From Verrucomicrobiota bacterium (GTDB taxonomy: Bacteria; Verrucomicrobiota; Verrucomicrobiia; Limisphaerales; JADLHS01), in contig JABFSR010000045.1 in the NCBI GenBank assembly GCA_013140495.1, positions 825 to 64,824 on the forward strand: 64,000 nucleotides of DNA, read 5' to 3'. Of the stretch, positions 33,291 to 43,817 are shown piece after piece. The notes below the pieces were generated by a model. It did not search any database. It saw only the letters and a list, made by a program, of their open reading frames with translations, and was not told where the DNA came from. The position numbers and the translations under genes were made by a program. How positions within the stretch are numbered: position 1 is the stretch's first letter; each line of letters starts with the position of its first letter.

Positions 33291-33578
33291 ATGGCAGCAG
33301 GTGATTTTAATGTGAAATACGTGGCGCACCTTGCGCGGCTGGCGCTCACCCCCGAGGAAGAAATCAAACTGGGCGCGCAACTCGGCAACATCATCGGCTT
33401 CGTTGAGCAGTTGAAATCGGTGGACGTTTCAAATGTCGAGCCCACCGCCCACGCCGTCCCGACAGTGAACGTCACCCGCGCCGACGAGATCCGCCCCTCG
33501 CTCCCACACGATGAGGCGATGCGCAACGCGCCCGCAAAATCTGGCGGACTGTTTGTCGTGCCCAAGATCGTTGAATAA
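33291..33578 (+). CDS. gatC: Asp/Glu-tRNA amidotransferase subunit C
   Basis: VKYVAHLARLALTPEEEIKLGAQLGNIIGFVEQLKSVDVSNVEPT. Confidence 0.9.
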   Translation: MAAGDFNVKYVAHLARLALTPEEEIKLGAQLGNIIGFVEQLKSVDVSNVEPTAHAVPTVNVTRADEIRPSLPHDEAMRNAPAKSGGLFVVPKIVE

Positions 33579-33675
33579 TTCACCCTCGATGCAAATGAAT
33601 TCAGCCAAAGACACAACGGCGAAAGACACCTTCTTTTCTTCAGGTTCTTTCGTTTCTGAGTCATTGCGTTAAAAA

Positions 33676-35139
33676 ATGCTCAACAGACTCACCATCTCCG
33701 AACTCTCGGCCCGTCTGATCAAGCGCGAAGTTTCCTCACGCGAGGTTACCCAAGCATGCCTCGACCAGATCGCCCGCGTGGACGGGCAGATTCACGCCTT
33801 CATCAGCCATGATGCCGCAGATGCGCTCGCTCAGGCGGATGTTGCAGACAAGGCAATTGCAGCGGGTGCGTCGTCCTCACAACAACCATTGCTTGGAATT
33901 CCAGTTGCCGTGAAAGACGTGCTCGCCGTGAAGAATCAGCCGCTCAACTGCGGCTCGAAAATTCTCGGCGATTTTGTTTCACCGTACGATGCCACAGTCA
34001 TCGAGAAGCTCAAGATAGCGGGCGCAATCGTTTTCGGGCGGCTCAACATGGATGAGTTTGCGATGGGCAGCTCCACGGAAAACTCGGCGTTCGGTGTTAC
34101 CCGCAATCCTTGGGACACGACGCGCATTCCCGGCGGTTCGTCCGGCGGTTCAGCGGCGGCGGTCGCGGCAGATGAAGCCATCGCTACGCTCGGCACGGAC
34201 ACCGGCGGTTCGATCCGCCAGCCGGCGGCCTTGTGCGGCTGCGTGGGTTTGAAGCCGACTTACGGACGGGTTTCGCGCTACGGCCTTGTGGCGTTTGCAT
34301 CGTCGCTCGATCAAATCGGACCGTTCACCAAAGACGTCCGCGATTGTGCCACGATGCTGAACGTCATCGGCGGTCACGACCGGCGCGATTCGACAAGCGT
34401 CGCGCACGCTGTGCCCGATTACACGAAGGCTCTCGACGGCAACATCAAGGGTCTGCGCCTCGGTTTGCCCAAGGAATACATGATCGGCGGGCTTGATCCC
34501 GAAGTGAAAGCCGCCGTGGACGCGGCGGTGAAGCAGTTGCAGTCGCTCGGTGCGAGTGTTGAAGAAATTTCCCTGCCGCACACGGAGTATGCCGCAGCCA
34601 CGTATTACATCATCGCTCCCGCCGAAGCGTCGGCGAACCTTGCCCGTTTCGACGGCATCCGTTACTGCGCACGCGTGAACGGCGCGGACCCCATCGAACT
34701 TTACAGCAAGACGCGAGGCGCGGGTTTCGGACCGGAAGTGAAGCGCCGCATCATCCTCGGCACCTACGTTCTCAGCAGCGGTTACTACGACGCGTATTAT
34801 CTCCGCGCGCAAAAAGTCCGAACGCTGATCCGTCAGGATTTTCTGAAAGCGTTTGAAAATGTGGATGCCATCATCACGCCCACAACACCCACTGCTGCGT
34901 TCAAGATCGGCGAGAAATCGGATGATCCGTTGCAGATGTATCTCTCGGATGTGTTCACGATCTCCTGCAACCTTGCGGGCATCTGTGGTGTGAGCATTCC
35001 ATGCGGCTTCACGAAATCTCCGAAGCTTCCCATCGGTCTGCAACTGCTTGGCAAGCCGTTTGGCGAGGAAACAATGTTGAAGATCGCCCACGCCTACGAA
35101 CAAAGCACCGTATGGCACCGGGAGAAACCTGCCTTGTGA
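33676..35139 (+). CDS. gatA: Asp/Glu-tRNA amidotransferase subunit A (amidase signature)
   Basis: [35 protein letters not shown]. Confidence 0.95.
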   Translation: MLNRLTISELSARLIKREVSSREVTQACLDQIARVDGQIHAFISHDAADALAQADVADKAIAAGASSSQQPLLGIPVAVKDVLAVKNQPLNCGSKILGDFVSPYDATVIEKLKIAGAIVFGRLNMDEFAMGSSTENSAFGVTRNPWDTTRIPGGSSGGSAAAVAADEAIATLGTDTGGSIRQPAALCGCVGLKPTYGRVSRYGLVAFASSLDQIGPFTKDVRDCATMLNVIGGHDRRDSTSVAHAVPDYTKALDGNIKGLRLGLPKEYMIGGLDPEVKAAVDAAVKQLQSLGASVEEISLPHTEYAAATYYIIAPAEASANLARFDGIRYCARVNGADPIELYSKTRGAGFGPEVKRRIILGTYVLSSGYYDAYYLRAQKVRTLIRQDFLKAFENVDAIITPTTPTAAFKIGEKSDDPLQMYLSDVFTISCNLAGICGVSIPCGFTKSPKLPIGLQLLGKPFGEETMLKIAHAYEQSTVWHREKPAL

Positions 35140-36479
35140 AACGCTTCACTGTCGCATCGGTTATCGCGGTTTTCTTCGCGGCCATTTTGTCCCTGTCCGC
35201 GAGTGTCATTGACATTGATCTCGCCCGGTTCACCACAGCCAAGCGTGAGCAGACGCGCGATCTCGCCAAAGATCTGACGAATCCAGTGCCTTCCTACGTG
35301 TGGAGTTTTTTCGACGCCGTGCAAGTGGACGATTGGGAAACGTCAACCAATCTGGCCGCCAGGATGCAGAAGGCGAGCGGGCGTTTTCCGGGCGCGGATG
35401 AAAACGAGATCCAGCCTGCATTGCGAACCGCAGTCTGGTCACCCATCACCGAAGTTGTCGGTGCACAGGAGCAGTTTCGCGAGTGGGACAACAAGTGGCT
35501 TCGCCGATTCGGGCGCGAGATCATAGACTCGATTCCACGTGGCAGCGTTTTCTTCGGCGGCACCGACCCGGGTCGGTTTGTGATTTCTGCATTAAGCGAA
35601 TCACATCGTGAGGGGAAACCGTTCTTCACCATCACACAAAACCAGCTCGCAGACGGGACATATCTCGCATACCTCCAGGCGATGTATGGCGCAAAGATTC
35701 AACTGCCCAGCGCGGAAGATTCTCAAAAGGTTTTTCAGGCATACGTCGCAGACGCGCAAGCGCGGATGAAGGCTGGCAAGCTGAAGCCTGGCGAGGATGT
35801 TCATGTAGTCGAGGGGCGTGTCCAGGTCAGCGGGCAGGTGGCTGTGATGGAGATCAATGCCATGCTTGTGAGAATCATTTTCGACAAGAACCCGGGCAAA
35901 CAGTTCTTCCTCGAAGAAAGTTTTCCGCTCGATTGGACGTATCCATACCTCGTTCCGCACGGGCTGGTTTTTGAGTTGAAAGCCACACCACAGCCGTCAT
36001 TGGCGGAAAAAGATGTCGCACAAGATCAGGTGTTCTGGAAAAAACTTGTCAGTGAAATTACCGGCGACTGGCTTGGAGAGAAAACGTCCGTCAAGGAAGT
36101 GTGTGAATTCACGGACAAGATATTCCTGAGAAAAAATCTTGATGGTTTCAAAGGCGACAAGGCCTTCGTGAAAAATGACGACGCGCAGAAATGTTTTTCC
36201 AAGCTCCGCAGCGCCATCGGGGGCGTTTATGTCTGGCGCTCTGATCGCGCGAAAGATGACGAGGAGCGAAACAGGATGCGTGCTGCCACCGATCTCGCGT
36301 TCCGGCAGGCGTTCGCGCTCTGTCCAACCTCGCCCGAAGCCGTGTTCCGGTACGTGAACTTTTTGACTCAGACCAAACGCATGGATGACGCCGTGTTGAT
36401 CGCACAAGCCAGCCTGCGTCTTGATTCTGAGAATCAACAACTCCGCGACCTCGTCCGCCAGTTACGCGAAAAGCAGTGA
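35136..36479 (+). CDS. hypothetical membrane-anchored protein with TPR-like C-terminus
   Basis: A GTG overlapping the gatA stop (GTGA) is chosen over the track ATG at 35001. N-terminal anchor [19 protein letters not shown]. No domain recognised. Confidence 0.55.
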   Translation: MKRFTVASVIAVFFAAILSLSASVIDIDLARFTTAKREQTRDLAKDLTNPVPSYVWSFFDAVQVDDWETSTNLAARMQKASGRFPGADENEIQPALRTAVWSPITEVVGAQEQFREWDNKWLRRFGREIIDSIPRGSVFFGGTDPGRFVISALSESHREGKPFFTITQNQLADGTYLAYLQAMYGAKIQLPSAEDSQKVFQAYVADAQARMKAGKLKPGEDVHVVEGRVQVSGQVAVMEINAMLVRIIFDKNPGKQFFLEESFPLDWTYPYLVPHGLVFELKATPQPSLAEKDVAQDQVFWKKLVSEITGDWLGEKTSVKEVCEFTDKIFLRKNLDGFKGDKAFVKNDDAQKCFSKLRSAIGGVYVWRSDRAKDDEERNRMRAATDLAFRQAFALCPTSPEAVFRYVNFLTQTKRMDDAVLIAQASLRLDSENQQLRDLVRQLREKQ

Positions 36480-36759
36480 GCCGTTTCCGATTGCAGTTTG
36501 CTGTCCTAGAAGGAAGCGACAGCGACAAGGTAGCGGATCGTTATCATGGAAGTGACTGGCTTCTAATGTTCGCAGTTTCCTGCTTTCTTACATTCCACGA
36601 CATCCGCTCTCAAGTAACTTAGGCAGCCAAAACTGCTATAATTGGAGCAACCGCCCACCGGTCATTACTTGCCTAGCCACGTTGTCTGAACGGGAAACTT
36701 TTGCCCAGGGGCATTTTTACCGCGCACGCTTTTGCCGGTGATTGGCTGGTTTTCCCTTC

Positions 36760-36775
36760 TGGCACCTCCGCTGCT
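36760..36775 (+). promoter_or_regulatory. sigma-54-type promoter (-24/-12) for the flagellar operon
   Basis: TGGCACctccgCTGCT versus consensus TGGCAC-N5-TTGCW, with correct GG/GC spacing. It ends 27 nt before the flgB ATG. Confidence 0.45.
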
Positions 36776-36802
36776 TGGCGAGTTCCGAAATTGTGTAGCT
36801 GT

Positions 36803-37186
36803 ATGATTGACGCGCTGTTCAGCCAGACAAATTACGTGGCAACGAAAAAGATGCTCGACGCCACGGTGCTCCGCCATGAGGCCATCTCGAGCAATATCGC
36901 AAACGTCGAAATGCCTGGATACAAGCGCATCGACGTCAATCCGAATTTCTCCACCGAACTCAGCCACGCCATGCAATCCCCGGACGGCGCGCAGATTCAA
37001 GGATTGCAACCAAGCCTCACGGTGGACAGCTCTGCCGTTGCCACCGGTCGGGACGGCAACACCGTGCAGATCGAAAAGGAAATGATCCAGCTCACCCAAA
37101 ACATGGTTGCACACTCGCTCGAAACCCAGCTCATCACCGGCCAGTTGCTGCGCTTGCGCCTGGCCATCACCGGGCGGCCATCATGA
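36803..37186 (+). CDS. flgB: flagellar basal-body rod protein FlgB
   Basis: Internal ATG. MIDALFSQTNYVATKKMLDATVLRHEAISSNIANVEMPGYKR. Confidence 0.9.
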   Translation: MIDALFSQTNYVATKKMLDATVLRHEAISSNIANVEMPGYKRIDVNPNFSTELSHAMQSPDGAQIQGLQPSLTVDSSAVATGRDGNTVQIEKEMIQLTQNMVAHSLETQLITGQLLRLRLAITGRPS

Positions 37187-37199
37187 TCCAACCTGACCT

Positions 37200-37622
37200 A
37201 TGATCAACATTCTCAGCGGCATCAACAGCACCTCCTCCGCACTCGACGCCGAGCGCATCCGCATGGATGTCATCACGCAAAACATCGCCAACTCCACGTT
37301 GACTCACGATGTGGACGGCAAGCCATATCAACGCCGTCAGGTTGTCTTCGAGCGAATGTTGAACCAGCAACTCGGTGCCGATACATCTGCTGGTGGCGTC
37401 CAGGTCGCACGCATCATCAAGGATCCGCGGCCACCGCAGATGATTTACGAACCCGACAATCCGGAGGCCGATGCCAGGGGCATGGTTGCAAAACCCAACG
37501 TAAACATTCACGAGGAAATGGCCGACTTGATCGCCGCATCACGCTCGTTCGAGGCCAACCTCGCCGTGGTCCGCAACGCCCGTACCATGGCGCTGCAAAC
37601 CCTTTCGATCGGTAAACGCTGA
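37200..37622 (+). CDS. flgC: flagellar basal-body rod protein FlgC
   Basis: SALDAERIRMDVITQNIANS.. and C-terminal MADLIAASRSFEANLAVVRNARTMALQTLSIGK. Confidence 0.9.
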   Translation: MINILSGINSTSSALDAERIRMDVITQNIANSTLTHDVDGKPYQRRQVVFERMLNQQLGADTSAGGVQVARIIKDPRPPQMIYEPDNPEADARGMVAKPNVNIHEEMADLIAASRSFEANLAVVRNARTMALQTLSIGKR

Positions 37623-37638
37623 TCCGCACACAACCTGA

Positions 37639-38010
37639 ATGAACCCGATCTCAGCACTGCGCCTGCCGGTGATGCCCGACGCCTTGCGCGGCATCTCGCC
37701 GGACCTCGCACGGCCCACGATCCCGGTTTACGAACTTGGAAAATCAGCGGTTGCTGCGGGCGTACAGCCCGGTGGAATGTCCCCGGTCGCGGCATCGTTT
37801 GAAAGCACGCTGGGAAACCTTGTGGCCGAAGTCAGTGGCAAACAAGCCGCCGCGACCAACGCTGCGGCTGGCGTGCTCGGCAACCAGGGGGTTCCGCTTC
37901 ATCAGGCGGTGCTGGCGGCGGAAGAAGCCAGCGTGTCGTTTCAACTGATGGTGGAAGTGCGCAACAAGCTTTTGGAATCGTATCAGGAATTGATGCGGAT
38001 GCAGGTCTGA
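37639..38010 (+). CDS. fliE: flagellar hook-basal body protein FliE
   Basis: C-terminal LHQAVLAAEEASVSFQLMVEVRNKLLESYQELMRMQV. Confidence 0.8.
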   Translation: MNPISALRLPVMPDALRGISPDLARPTIPVYELGKSAVAAGVQPGGMSPVAASFESTLGNLVAEVSGKQAAATNAAAGVLGNQGVPLHQAVLAAEEASVSFQLMVEVRNKLLESYQELMRMQV

Positions 38011-38035
38011 CAGGGAAGTCGTAAAGGGATAACGA

Positions 38036-39628
38036 ATGAACAATGGATTAACGCAAATCGGCAGCCAGCTAAACAACATCTGGAGACATCTCGGCGCAGC
38101 CCAGCGGCTGACGCTTGTTGTCACCGGTCTCGCCGTGCTGGTCGGCCTTGGCGCACTCGCGTTCTGGTCGGGCAGTCCCGACTACGCGCTGCTGTACGGC
38201 AAACTCGATGAAGCGGAAGCGTCGAAGGTTGTCGCCGCACTCGACGACGCCAAAGTGCCCTACAAGATCAACCGCAACGGCGGGGCCATCTCCGTACCTT
38301 CGGACAAGGTTCATCTCATGCGGATGCAACTTGCGGCCAAAGGCATTCCGCGCGGCGAAGGCGTGGGCTTCGAGATTTTTGACAAACCCAACTTCGGCAT
38401 CTCCGATTTCGTCCAACGCGCCAACTACCTCCGCGCTGTCCAGGGCGAACTGGCCCGCACCATCAGCCAGGTGGATTCCATCGAGACAGCCCGCGTGATG
38501 ATCGTCATGCCTGAAAACAGGCTGCTCGTTGACAACCAGAAGAAACCCACGGCATCCGTGTTCGTGCGTGTGCGCGGCAATTCCCAACTGACTCAGCAAA
38601 ACGTCAACGCCATCCGTTTCCTCGTTGCCAACTCGGTTGAAGGCCTCGCTGCCAACAACGTCAGCGTCATGGACAGTCAGGGCAGCGTCCTTTCCTCGAA
38701 TAATGAAAACGATTCCGTTGCCGGTCTTTCCAGCACTCAACTGACCGCACAGCGCGAACTTGAACAATATCTCTCGAAGAAGGCCGAGGACATCCTCAGC
38801 AAGGCGCTTGGTTCAGGTCAATCCATTGTGCGCGTGTCCGCTGAAATCAATTTCGACTCTCTGACGAGCGTCGAGGAAAAATACGACCCCGATGGACAAG
38901 TCATCCGCATTCAGACCATCAATGACGAGAAAACGGATTCCATCACATCCTCGCCCGGTGGCGCAGTTGGCATTTCCTCCAACTCCGCCGAAACCAACTC
39001 CGTCGCCACCGTTCCGGTCAACAACAACAAGATGGCCAAGAAAGTTACGAACAATCAGTACGAAATCAACAAGACCATCAGCAACATCATGCACACACCA
39101 GGCGGTTTGAAGCGTTTGTCCGCTGCCGTATCCATTGCGGCCAACACCACCGGCTCAGGCACGAATCGCGTGGTCACACCACGTTCGCCCGAAGAAATGC
39201 AAAAGATCCGCCGCATGGTCATGGGTGCGCTCGGCATTCATGAAGGCACCGATTCAGGGCGCTCAGACCAGCTCACTGTTGAGGAAATGCCGTTCAATGA
39301 TCAACCGGTCGTCGAAATCGCCCAGCAGATGGAGAAGCAGCAGAAACAACAGCTCTGGTGGGACATTGCGCGCAATGCCGTTTATCCCGTGATCGCCTGC
39401 ATCGCGCTTTTCATGTTTTGGCGCGCGTTCAAGAAAACTTCCATGGATCAGATTCCACTCGGCGTCCCCGTCGGTGAGTTCGCGGCCGGACGCAATGGCG
39501 GCAACGGTCACTCTGCTCCCGGCGATTCCGGCGCTGTTACTGTCGAAGTGTTGAACCGCCTCATCCGCGAGAACCCGCAAAACATGTCGCACGCCATCCG
39601 CTCATGGATGGCCGAGGACAGGAAATAA
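38036..39628 (+). CDS. fliF: flagellar MS-ring protein FliF
   Basis: YALLYGKLDEAEASKVVAALDDAKVPYKI, VHLMRMQLAAKGIPRG, NYLRAVQGELARTI. N- and C-terminal TM segments. Confidence 0.9.
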   Translation: MNNGLTQIGSQLNNIWRHLGAAQRLTLVVTGLAVLVGLGALAFWSGSPDYALLYGKLDEAEASKVVAALDDAKVPYKINRNGGAISVPSDKVHLMRMQLAAKGIPRGEGVGFEIFDKPNFGISDFVQRANYLRAVQGELARTISQVDSIETARVMIVMPENRLLVDNQKKPTASVFVRVRGNSQLTQQNVNAIRFLVANSVEGLAANNVSVMDSQGSVLSSNNENDSVAGLSSTQLTAQRELEQYLSKKAEDILSKALGSGQSIVRVSAEINFDSLTSVEEKYDPDGQVIRIQTINDEKTDSITSSPGGAVGISSNSAETNSVATVPVNNNKMAKKVTNNQYEINKTISNIMHTPGGLKRLSAAVSIAANTTGSGTNRVVTPRSPEEMQKIRRMVMGALGIHEGTDSGRSDQLTVEEMPFNDQPVVEIAQQMEKQQKQQLWWDIARNAVYPVIACIALFMFWRAFKKTSMDQIPLGVPVGEFAAGRNGGNGHSAPGDSGAVTVEVLNRLIRENPQNMSHAIRSWMAEDRK

Positions 39629-39634
39629 CCGCGC

Positions 39635-40684
39635 ATGAATCCGGGAGCAAACAACAATACGCCCGATCCAGCGTCGCTCACGCGGACCCAGAAGCTCGCC
39701 GTGCTCATGCTCGTGCTCGGGCCCGATTCCGCTTCCTCGATCATGAAGCAGTTCGACGAGAAGGAACTTCAGGCCGTGTCCGCCGAGATGGCGAAATTCG
39801 ACATCGTCAGTTACGAAATGCAGCGCGCGGTGCTCCATGATTTTGCGCAGGTCGCCGTCCACGCCAGCTCGTCTGTGACCGGTGGATCGCACGTGGTTCG
39901 GGCCACACTTGAAAAAGCCGTGGGTACGAACAAAGCCAGCGCGATTGTCTCCCGGTTTGGTGGCGACTCGGACACAGCGGACTTCATGGTTCCCATGATT
40001 GAATCCGATCCGCGCGAACTGCTCAACGTCCTCAAAACCGAGCAGCCCCAGACCATTGCCCTGATCGCGAGCCATCTCCCGCAAAGCCAGGCCAAGGCGT
40101 TGTTGAACGAATGTTCGTCGGAGCTTCGCGACAAGGTCATCGAACGTCTTGCATCGCTCTCGCCCACACCTATCGAGGTGATGGAGCAGATCGCGAGCAT
40201 CATCAATCGCAAGCTTGGATTCAAAGCCACGCGTGCCATCAGCACCACTGGCGGCATCAAGCCTGCCGCCGACCTGCTCAACAATCTCAACCGCGACGTC
40301 AGCAAGGCGGTGCTTGTCTCCATCGAGGAACGCAATCCCGAACTCGGAAAAGCCATCCGCCAGAAAATGTTCACCTTTGACGACATGGTCCTGCTCGACA
40401 ACGCCGGGTTGCAAAAAGTCATGCGCGAGGTGGACACGCGTGATCTCGCCCTCTCGCTCAAAAAAGCGAGCGAGCCCGTCAAGGCCGCCTTGTTCGGCGC
40501 CATCTCCAAGCGCGCCGCGGAAACCGTGAAGGAGGAAATCTCGTTCTTGAATGCGGTAAAACCAAAGGAGCTCGAAGCCGCACAGCAGCGCATCGTGGAC
40601 ATCGTCCGTCGCCTCGAAGGCGAAGGGGAAATCGAAATAAACCGTGGCGGTGAGGAGACGAAATCAAATGAAGTCATGGCATGA
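39635..40684 (+). CDS. fliG: flagellar motor switch protein FliG
   Basis: LTRTQKLAVLMLVLGPDSASSIMKQFDEKELQAVSAEM.., MFTFDDMVLLDNAGLQKVMREVD. Confidence 0.9.
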   Translation: MNPGANNNTPDPASLTRTQKLAVLMLVLGPDSASSIMKQFDEKELQAVSAEMAKFDIVSYEMQRAVLHDFAQVAVHASSSVTGGSHVVRATLEKAVGTNKASAIVSRFGGDSDTADFMVPMIESDPRELLNVLKTEQPQTIALIASHLPQSQAKALLNECSSELRDKVIERLASLSPTPIEVMEQIASIINRKLGFKATRAISTTGGIKPAADLLNNLNRDVSKAVLVSIEERNPELGKAIRQKMFTFDDMVLLDNAGLQKVMREVDTRDLALSLKKASEPVKAALFGAISKRAAETVKEEISFLNAVKPKELEAAQQRIVDIVRRLEGEGEIEINRGGEETKSNEVMA

Positions 40685-41264
40685 AACCATCCGGTTTGGC
40701 AGACCCGTGCTCGATGTGCGGGTCAGCACCGAACCTCACACGCTCGCGTTCGAGGATCGCATCAGCCAGCGCGAACAGGCTGCCTACGAACGTGGTCGCG
40801 CTGATGGCGAAAAGTCTTTAAGCGACCAGCTCCTTCGCCAACGTGGCGAATTGAGCGAGCTGCAAAACGGCATTTTGAATTCGCTCCGCGCCGCAGCGGG
40901 TCAGGTCACGCGCGAATGTGAAGGTGCCATGATCGCGCTTGCGCTTGAGATTGCAGGCAAGCTCGTCGCAGACATGCCCGTTTCCAGCGAAATGGTCGAG
41001 GCAGCCGTTCGCGAGGCTCTCGGCCAGGTCGAGCAAAAGAGCACACTCACCGTGCTGCTGAATCCAATGGACTACGAACTTCTTCAACGCGCCAACGCGC
41101 CCATTTTACTGGCGGACGTGGGCGGAGAGCGCCTGAAATTTCAGACCTCATCCAACGTTTCCCGCGGTGGCTGCTTGGTGCAGACCAACTTCGGCGTCGT
41201 GGACGCGCGTCGCGAAACCAAACTTGAAGCGTTGAAACAATCTCTCGAAATCTCATGCAGCTAA
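40668..41264 (+). CDS. fliH: flagellar assembly protein FliH
   Basis: Position between fliG and fliI. AYERGRADGEKSL.., C-terminal GGCLVQTNFGVVDARRETKLEAL. The start is ambiguous (40644 or 40668). Confidence 0.7.
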   Translation: MKSWHETIRFGRPVLDVRVSTEPHTLAFEDRISQREQAAYERGRADGEKSLSDQLLRQRGELSELQNGILNSLRAAAGQVTRECEGAMIALALEIAGKLVADMPVSSEMVEAAVREALGQVEQKSTLTVLLNPMDYELLQRANAPILLADVGGERLKFQTSSNVSRGGCLVQTNFGVVDARRETKLEALKQSLEISCS

Positions 41265-42715
41265 AGTCGCAAAACAGTCCGGAGTCCGAAGTCCGAAGTC
41301 CGAAGTCAGCCGGTACCGGACTCGGAACTGTGGACTCGGGACTATGGACTGCTGGCGTCCGTCCCGGTCATCGTCTGGCGCACGCCTTCCAGCGCGCACG
41401 GGAAACCCGCGTCCTCGAGAACCGCGGTCGCGTGGTGCAGATCATCGGACTCGTCATCGAATCCGAAGGCCCGCTCGCCGCGCTCGGCGAAGTCTGCCGG
41501 ATCGAATCCGCACGTCACGACGGCAGTACGCTCGCGGAGGTTGTGGGTTTCCGAAATCACCACGTCCTGCTGATGCCTCTCGGCGAAGTGCGCGGGATTC
41601 ATCCGGGGAGCGAAGTCATCGCGCTCGGCACGCCTTTGCAGGTGCAGGTTGGCGACGGCTTGATGGGACGGGTCATTGACAGTCTTGGTCGTCCGCTGGA
41701 CGGCCACGGTCCGCTTGCAGCCGAACGCCAGGTCAGTGCGAATTTTCTCCCGCCGCATCCGCTCAAACGCCAGCGCATCACCGAGGTGTTTCAAACCGGC
41801 GTGAAAGCCGTGGATACATTTACACCGTGCGGACGCGGCCAGCGCCTCGGCATCTTTGCAGGCAGCGGCGTCGGCAAATCCACATTGCTCGGAATGATTG
41901 CGAGCCGGGCTGAATCCGACGTGAACGTCATCGCGCTCATCGGCGAGCGCGGTCGCGAAGTCCGTGAGTTCCTTGAAAAGGACCTTGATGAAGCGGGCCG
42001 GAAAAAATCCGTTGTTGTTGTTGCCACCTCGAACGAGCCCGCACTGGCCCGCGTGAAGGGCGCTTTTGCAGCAATGGCCATTGCCGAACATTTCCGCGAC
42101 TCAGGCAGGAATGTTTTGCTGATGATGGATTCCGTGACGCGTTTCGCGATGGCGCAACGCGAGATCGGTCTGGCAGTGGGTGAACCTCCCGCGACGCGCG
42201 GTTACACGCCGTCGGTATTTTCGCTGCTGCCTCAACTGCTTGAACGCGCCGGCACGGGCGAAGTCGGTTCGATCACCGGCCTGTTCACCGTGCTCGTGGA
42301 GCAGGACGACATGAATGATCCCATCGCCGATGCGGTGCGTTCCATTCTGGACGGGCACATCGTGCTCACGCGGGAACTAGCGACGCAGAATCATTACCCG
42401 GCCATTGACGTGCTCGACAGTGTGAGCCGGCTATCGCGCGATTTATGCACACCCGAACAGTGCGATCTTGCCGGTCAGGCGCGTGAAGCGCTGTCGGTGT
42501 TCAGACGCAACCAGGACTTGATCAGCATCGGCGCGTATCCGGCTGGCAGCAACGCGGCAATTGACAACGCCATCCGTCTGAGTGATCCGCTGAAAAAGTT
42601 TTTGTGTCAGGGCATCCGCGAAGGATTTAGCCCGGTGGAAAGCTGGAGGCAACTCCAGCAAACCATGAGTCCGTCACCGCCCGTCACCCCGATGCGGTCT
42701 GCAACCCTCCGCTGA
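41255..42715 (+). CDS. fliI: flagellum-specific ATP synthase FliI
   Basis: Walker A GSGVGKSTLLGMI, Walker B VLLMMDSVTRFA. The first ~30 codons are encoded by a periodic hairpin repeat. An alternative in-frame GTG lies at 41330. Confidence 0.9.
   Translation: MQLKSQNSPESEVRSPKSAGTGLGTVDSGLWTAGVRPGHRLAHAFQRARETRVLENRGRVVQIIGLVIESEGPLAALGEVCRIESARHDGSTLAEVVGFRNHHVLLMPLGEVRGIHPGSEVIALGTPLQVQVGDGLMGRVIDSLGRPLDGHGPLAAERQVSANFLPPHPLKRQRITEVFQTGVKAVDTFTPCGRGQRLGIFAGSGVGKSTLLGMIASRAESDVNVIALIGERGREVREFLEKDLDEAGRKKSVVVVATSNEPALARVKGAFAAMAIAEHFRDSGRNVLLMMDSVTRFAMAQREIGLAVGEPPATRGYTPSVFSLLPQLLERAGTGEVGSITGLFTVLVEQDDMNDPIADAVRSILDGHIVLTRELATQNHYPAIDVLDSVSRLSRDLCTPEQCDLAGQAREALSVFRRNQDLISIGAYPAGSNAAIDNAIRLSDPLKKFLCQGIREGFSPVESWRQLQQTMSPSPPVTPMRSATLR
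41275..41351. repeat. long periodic hairpin (AGTCCGnn)n / (GGACTnnn)n inside the annotated 5' end of fliI
   Basis: cAGTCCggAGTCCgaAGTCCgaAGTCCgaAGTCagCCGGTACCGGACTcggaACTgtGGACTcgGGACTatGGACTg. 4-6 bp helices are separated by 2-nt internal loops every 8 nt around the central palindrome CCGGTACCGG. Confidence 0.85.
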
Positions 42716-42726
42716 CCTGAAACATT

Positions 42727-43200
42727 ATGAAAACATTCCGATTCTCACTTGAAGCCGTCGCCACCACGCGCAAACGTGCTGAAAATGTTGCGCTCGAAAA
42801 CTACGCGCAGGCGCTGTTGTTGCGCGCAGGTGCGTTGCGACAACTCGAAGCCGCCCAACACGAACTCGACAGCGTGTGGGGACGGGTCCGCGAGGAAATG
42901 GTGAAAGGTTGCACGGCGGCCAAGGCTGCGCAGTTACGGTTGCAGGCGCGATTGCTCGGGGAGGATCGTACTGCGAGAGAAGAAGCGCTCGCCCACGCAG
43001 AGCGAGGTGCGAACCAGGCATTGCAGCAGATGCTCACGGCGCGCAGACAGCGCGAGGCCGTGGACAAATTGCGTGGACGTCAGCGGTTGAGTTATGACCG
43101 GGACATTGCTCGTGATTCGCAAAAGTTTCTTGATGAACTGGCCACCCAGCGCGCCGTTTCCGCGTCCTCCTGGAGGGTCACAAACGATTCACTCGCATGA
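42727..43200 (+). CDS. fliJ: flagellar export chaperone FliJ-like coiled-coil protein
   Basis: Position after fliI. About 150 aa, helical and Arg/Ala/Glu/Gln-rich. MKTFRFSLEAVATTRKRAE. Confidence 0.6.
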   Translation: MKTFRFSLEAVATTRKRAENVALENYAQALLLRAGALRQLEAAQHELDSVWGRVREEMVKGCTAAKAAQLRLQARLLGEDRTAREEALAHAERGANQALQQMLTARRQREAVDKLRGRQRLSYDRDIARDSQKFLDELATQRAVSASSWRVTNDSLA

Positions 43201-43817
43201 AAATCCTGAAATCACCCCTGGTCGCTTCCATCCTTGGACTGGTTTTGTACATCGTCACCACCGCGATGGTCTGGAAACCCGCACCACGCCATGATACTTC
43301 CGAAGCTGGCGAAACCAACGCGGATATTGTCGCAAGAGCCAAGGGTGTCGTGCCTTCATGGGAATACCAAAACCCGGACGTGGACATGATGATCGAGGAG
43401 TTGAAGAAGGAAAAAGCGACGTTGGACAAGCGCGAGAAGGATTTGAACGCGCTCGCTGAACGTCTGCAGGCTGAACGCATGGAAATCAACGTCGTCACGC
43501 AATCTGTCTTCCAGATGCAGAAGGAATTTGATTCCACAGTAGCGCGCGTCACGGCGGAAGAAGCCGTCAACATCAAGAAACTCGCCAAGACCTACGCCGC
43601 GATGTCGCCTGAGGGCGCGGCGGTGATCATGAAGGAACTGGATGACAACACGCTTGTGAAAATTCTTGCGGTGCTCAAAGACTCCGAGTCCGCACCAATC
43701 ATCGAGCTTCTCGGCAAGCAGAGCGAAACTTTGGCAAAACGCATGGCTTTGATCACGGATCGTCTCCGCACGTATCTCTCCACGCCCAAGGAGACCAAGA
43801 AAGGTTCGACGCCATGA
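43197..43817 (+). CDS. MotE/FlbB/YlxF-like flagellar protein (MgtE-N-like domain)
   Basis: N-terminal TM, coiled coil, then YAAMSPEGAAVIMKELDDNTLVKILAVLKDSESAPIIELL. Same slot as ylxF in the Bacillus fla/che operon. Confidence 0.6.
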   Translation: MKILKSPLVASILGLVLYIVTTAMVWKPAPRHDTSEAGETNADIVARAKGVVPSWEYQNPDVDMMIEELKKEKATLDKREKDLNALAERLQAERMEINVVTQSVFQMQKEFDSTVARVTAEEAVNIKKLAKTYAAMSPEGAAVIMKELDDNTLVKILAVLKDSESAPIIELLGKQSETLAKRMALITDRLRTYLSTPKETKKGSTP

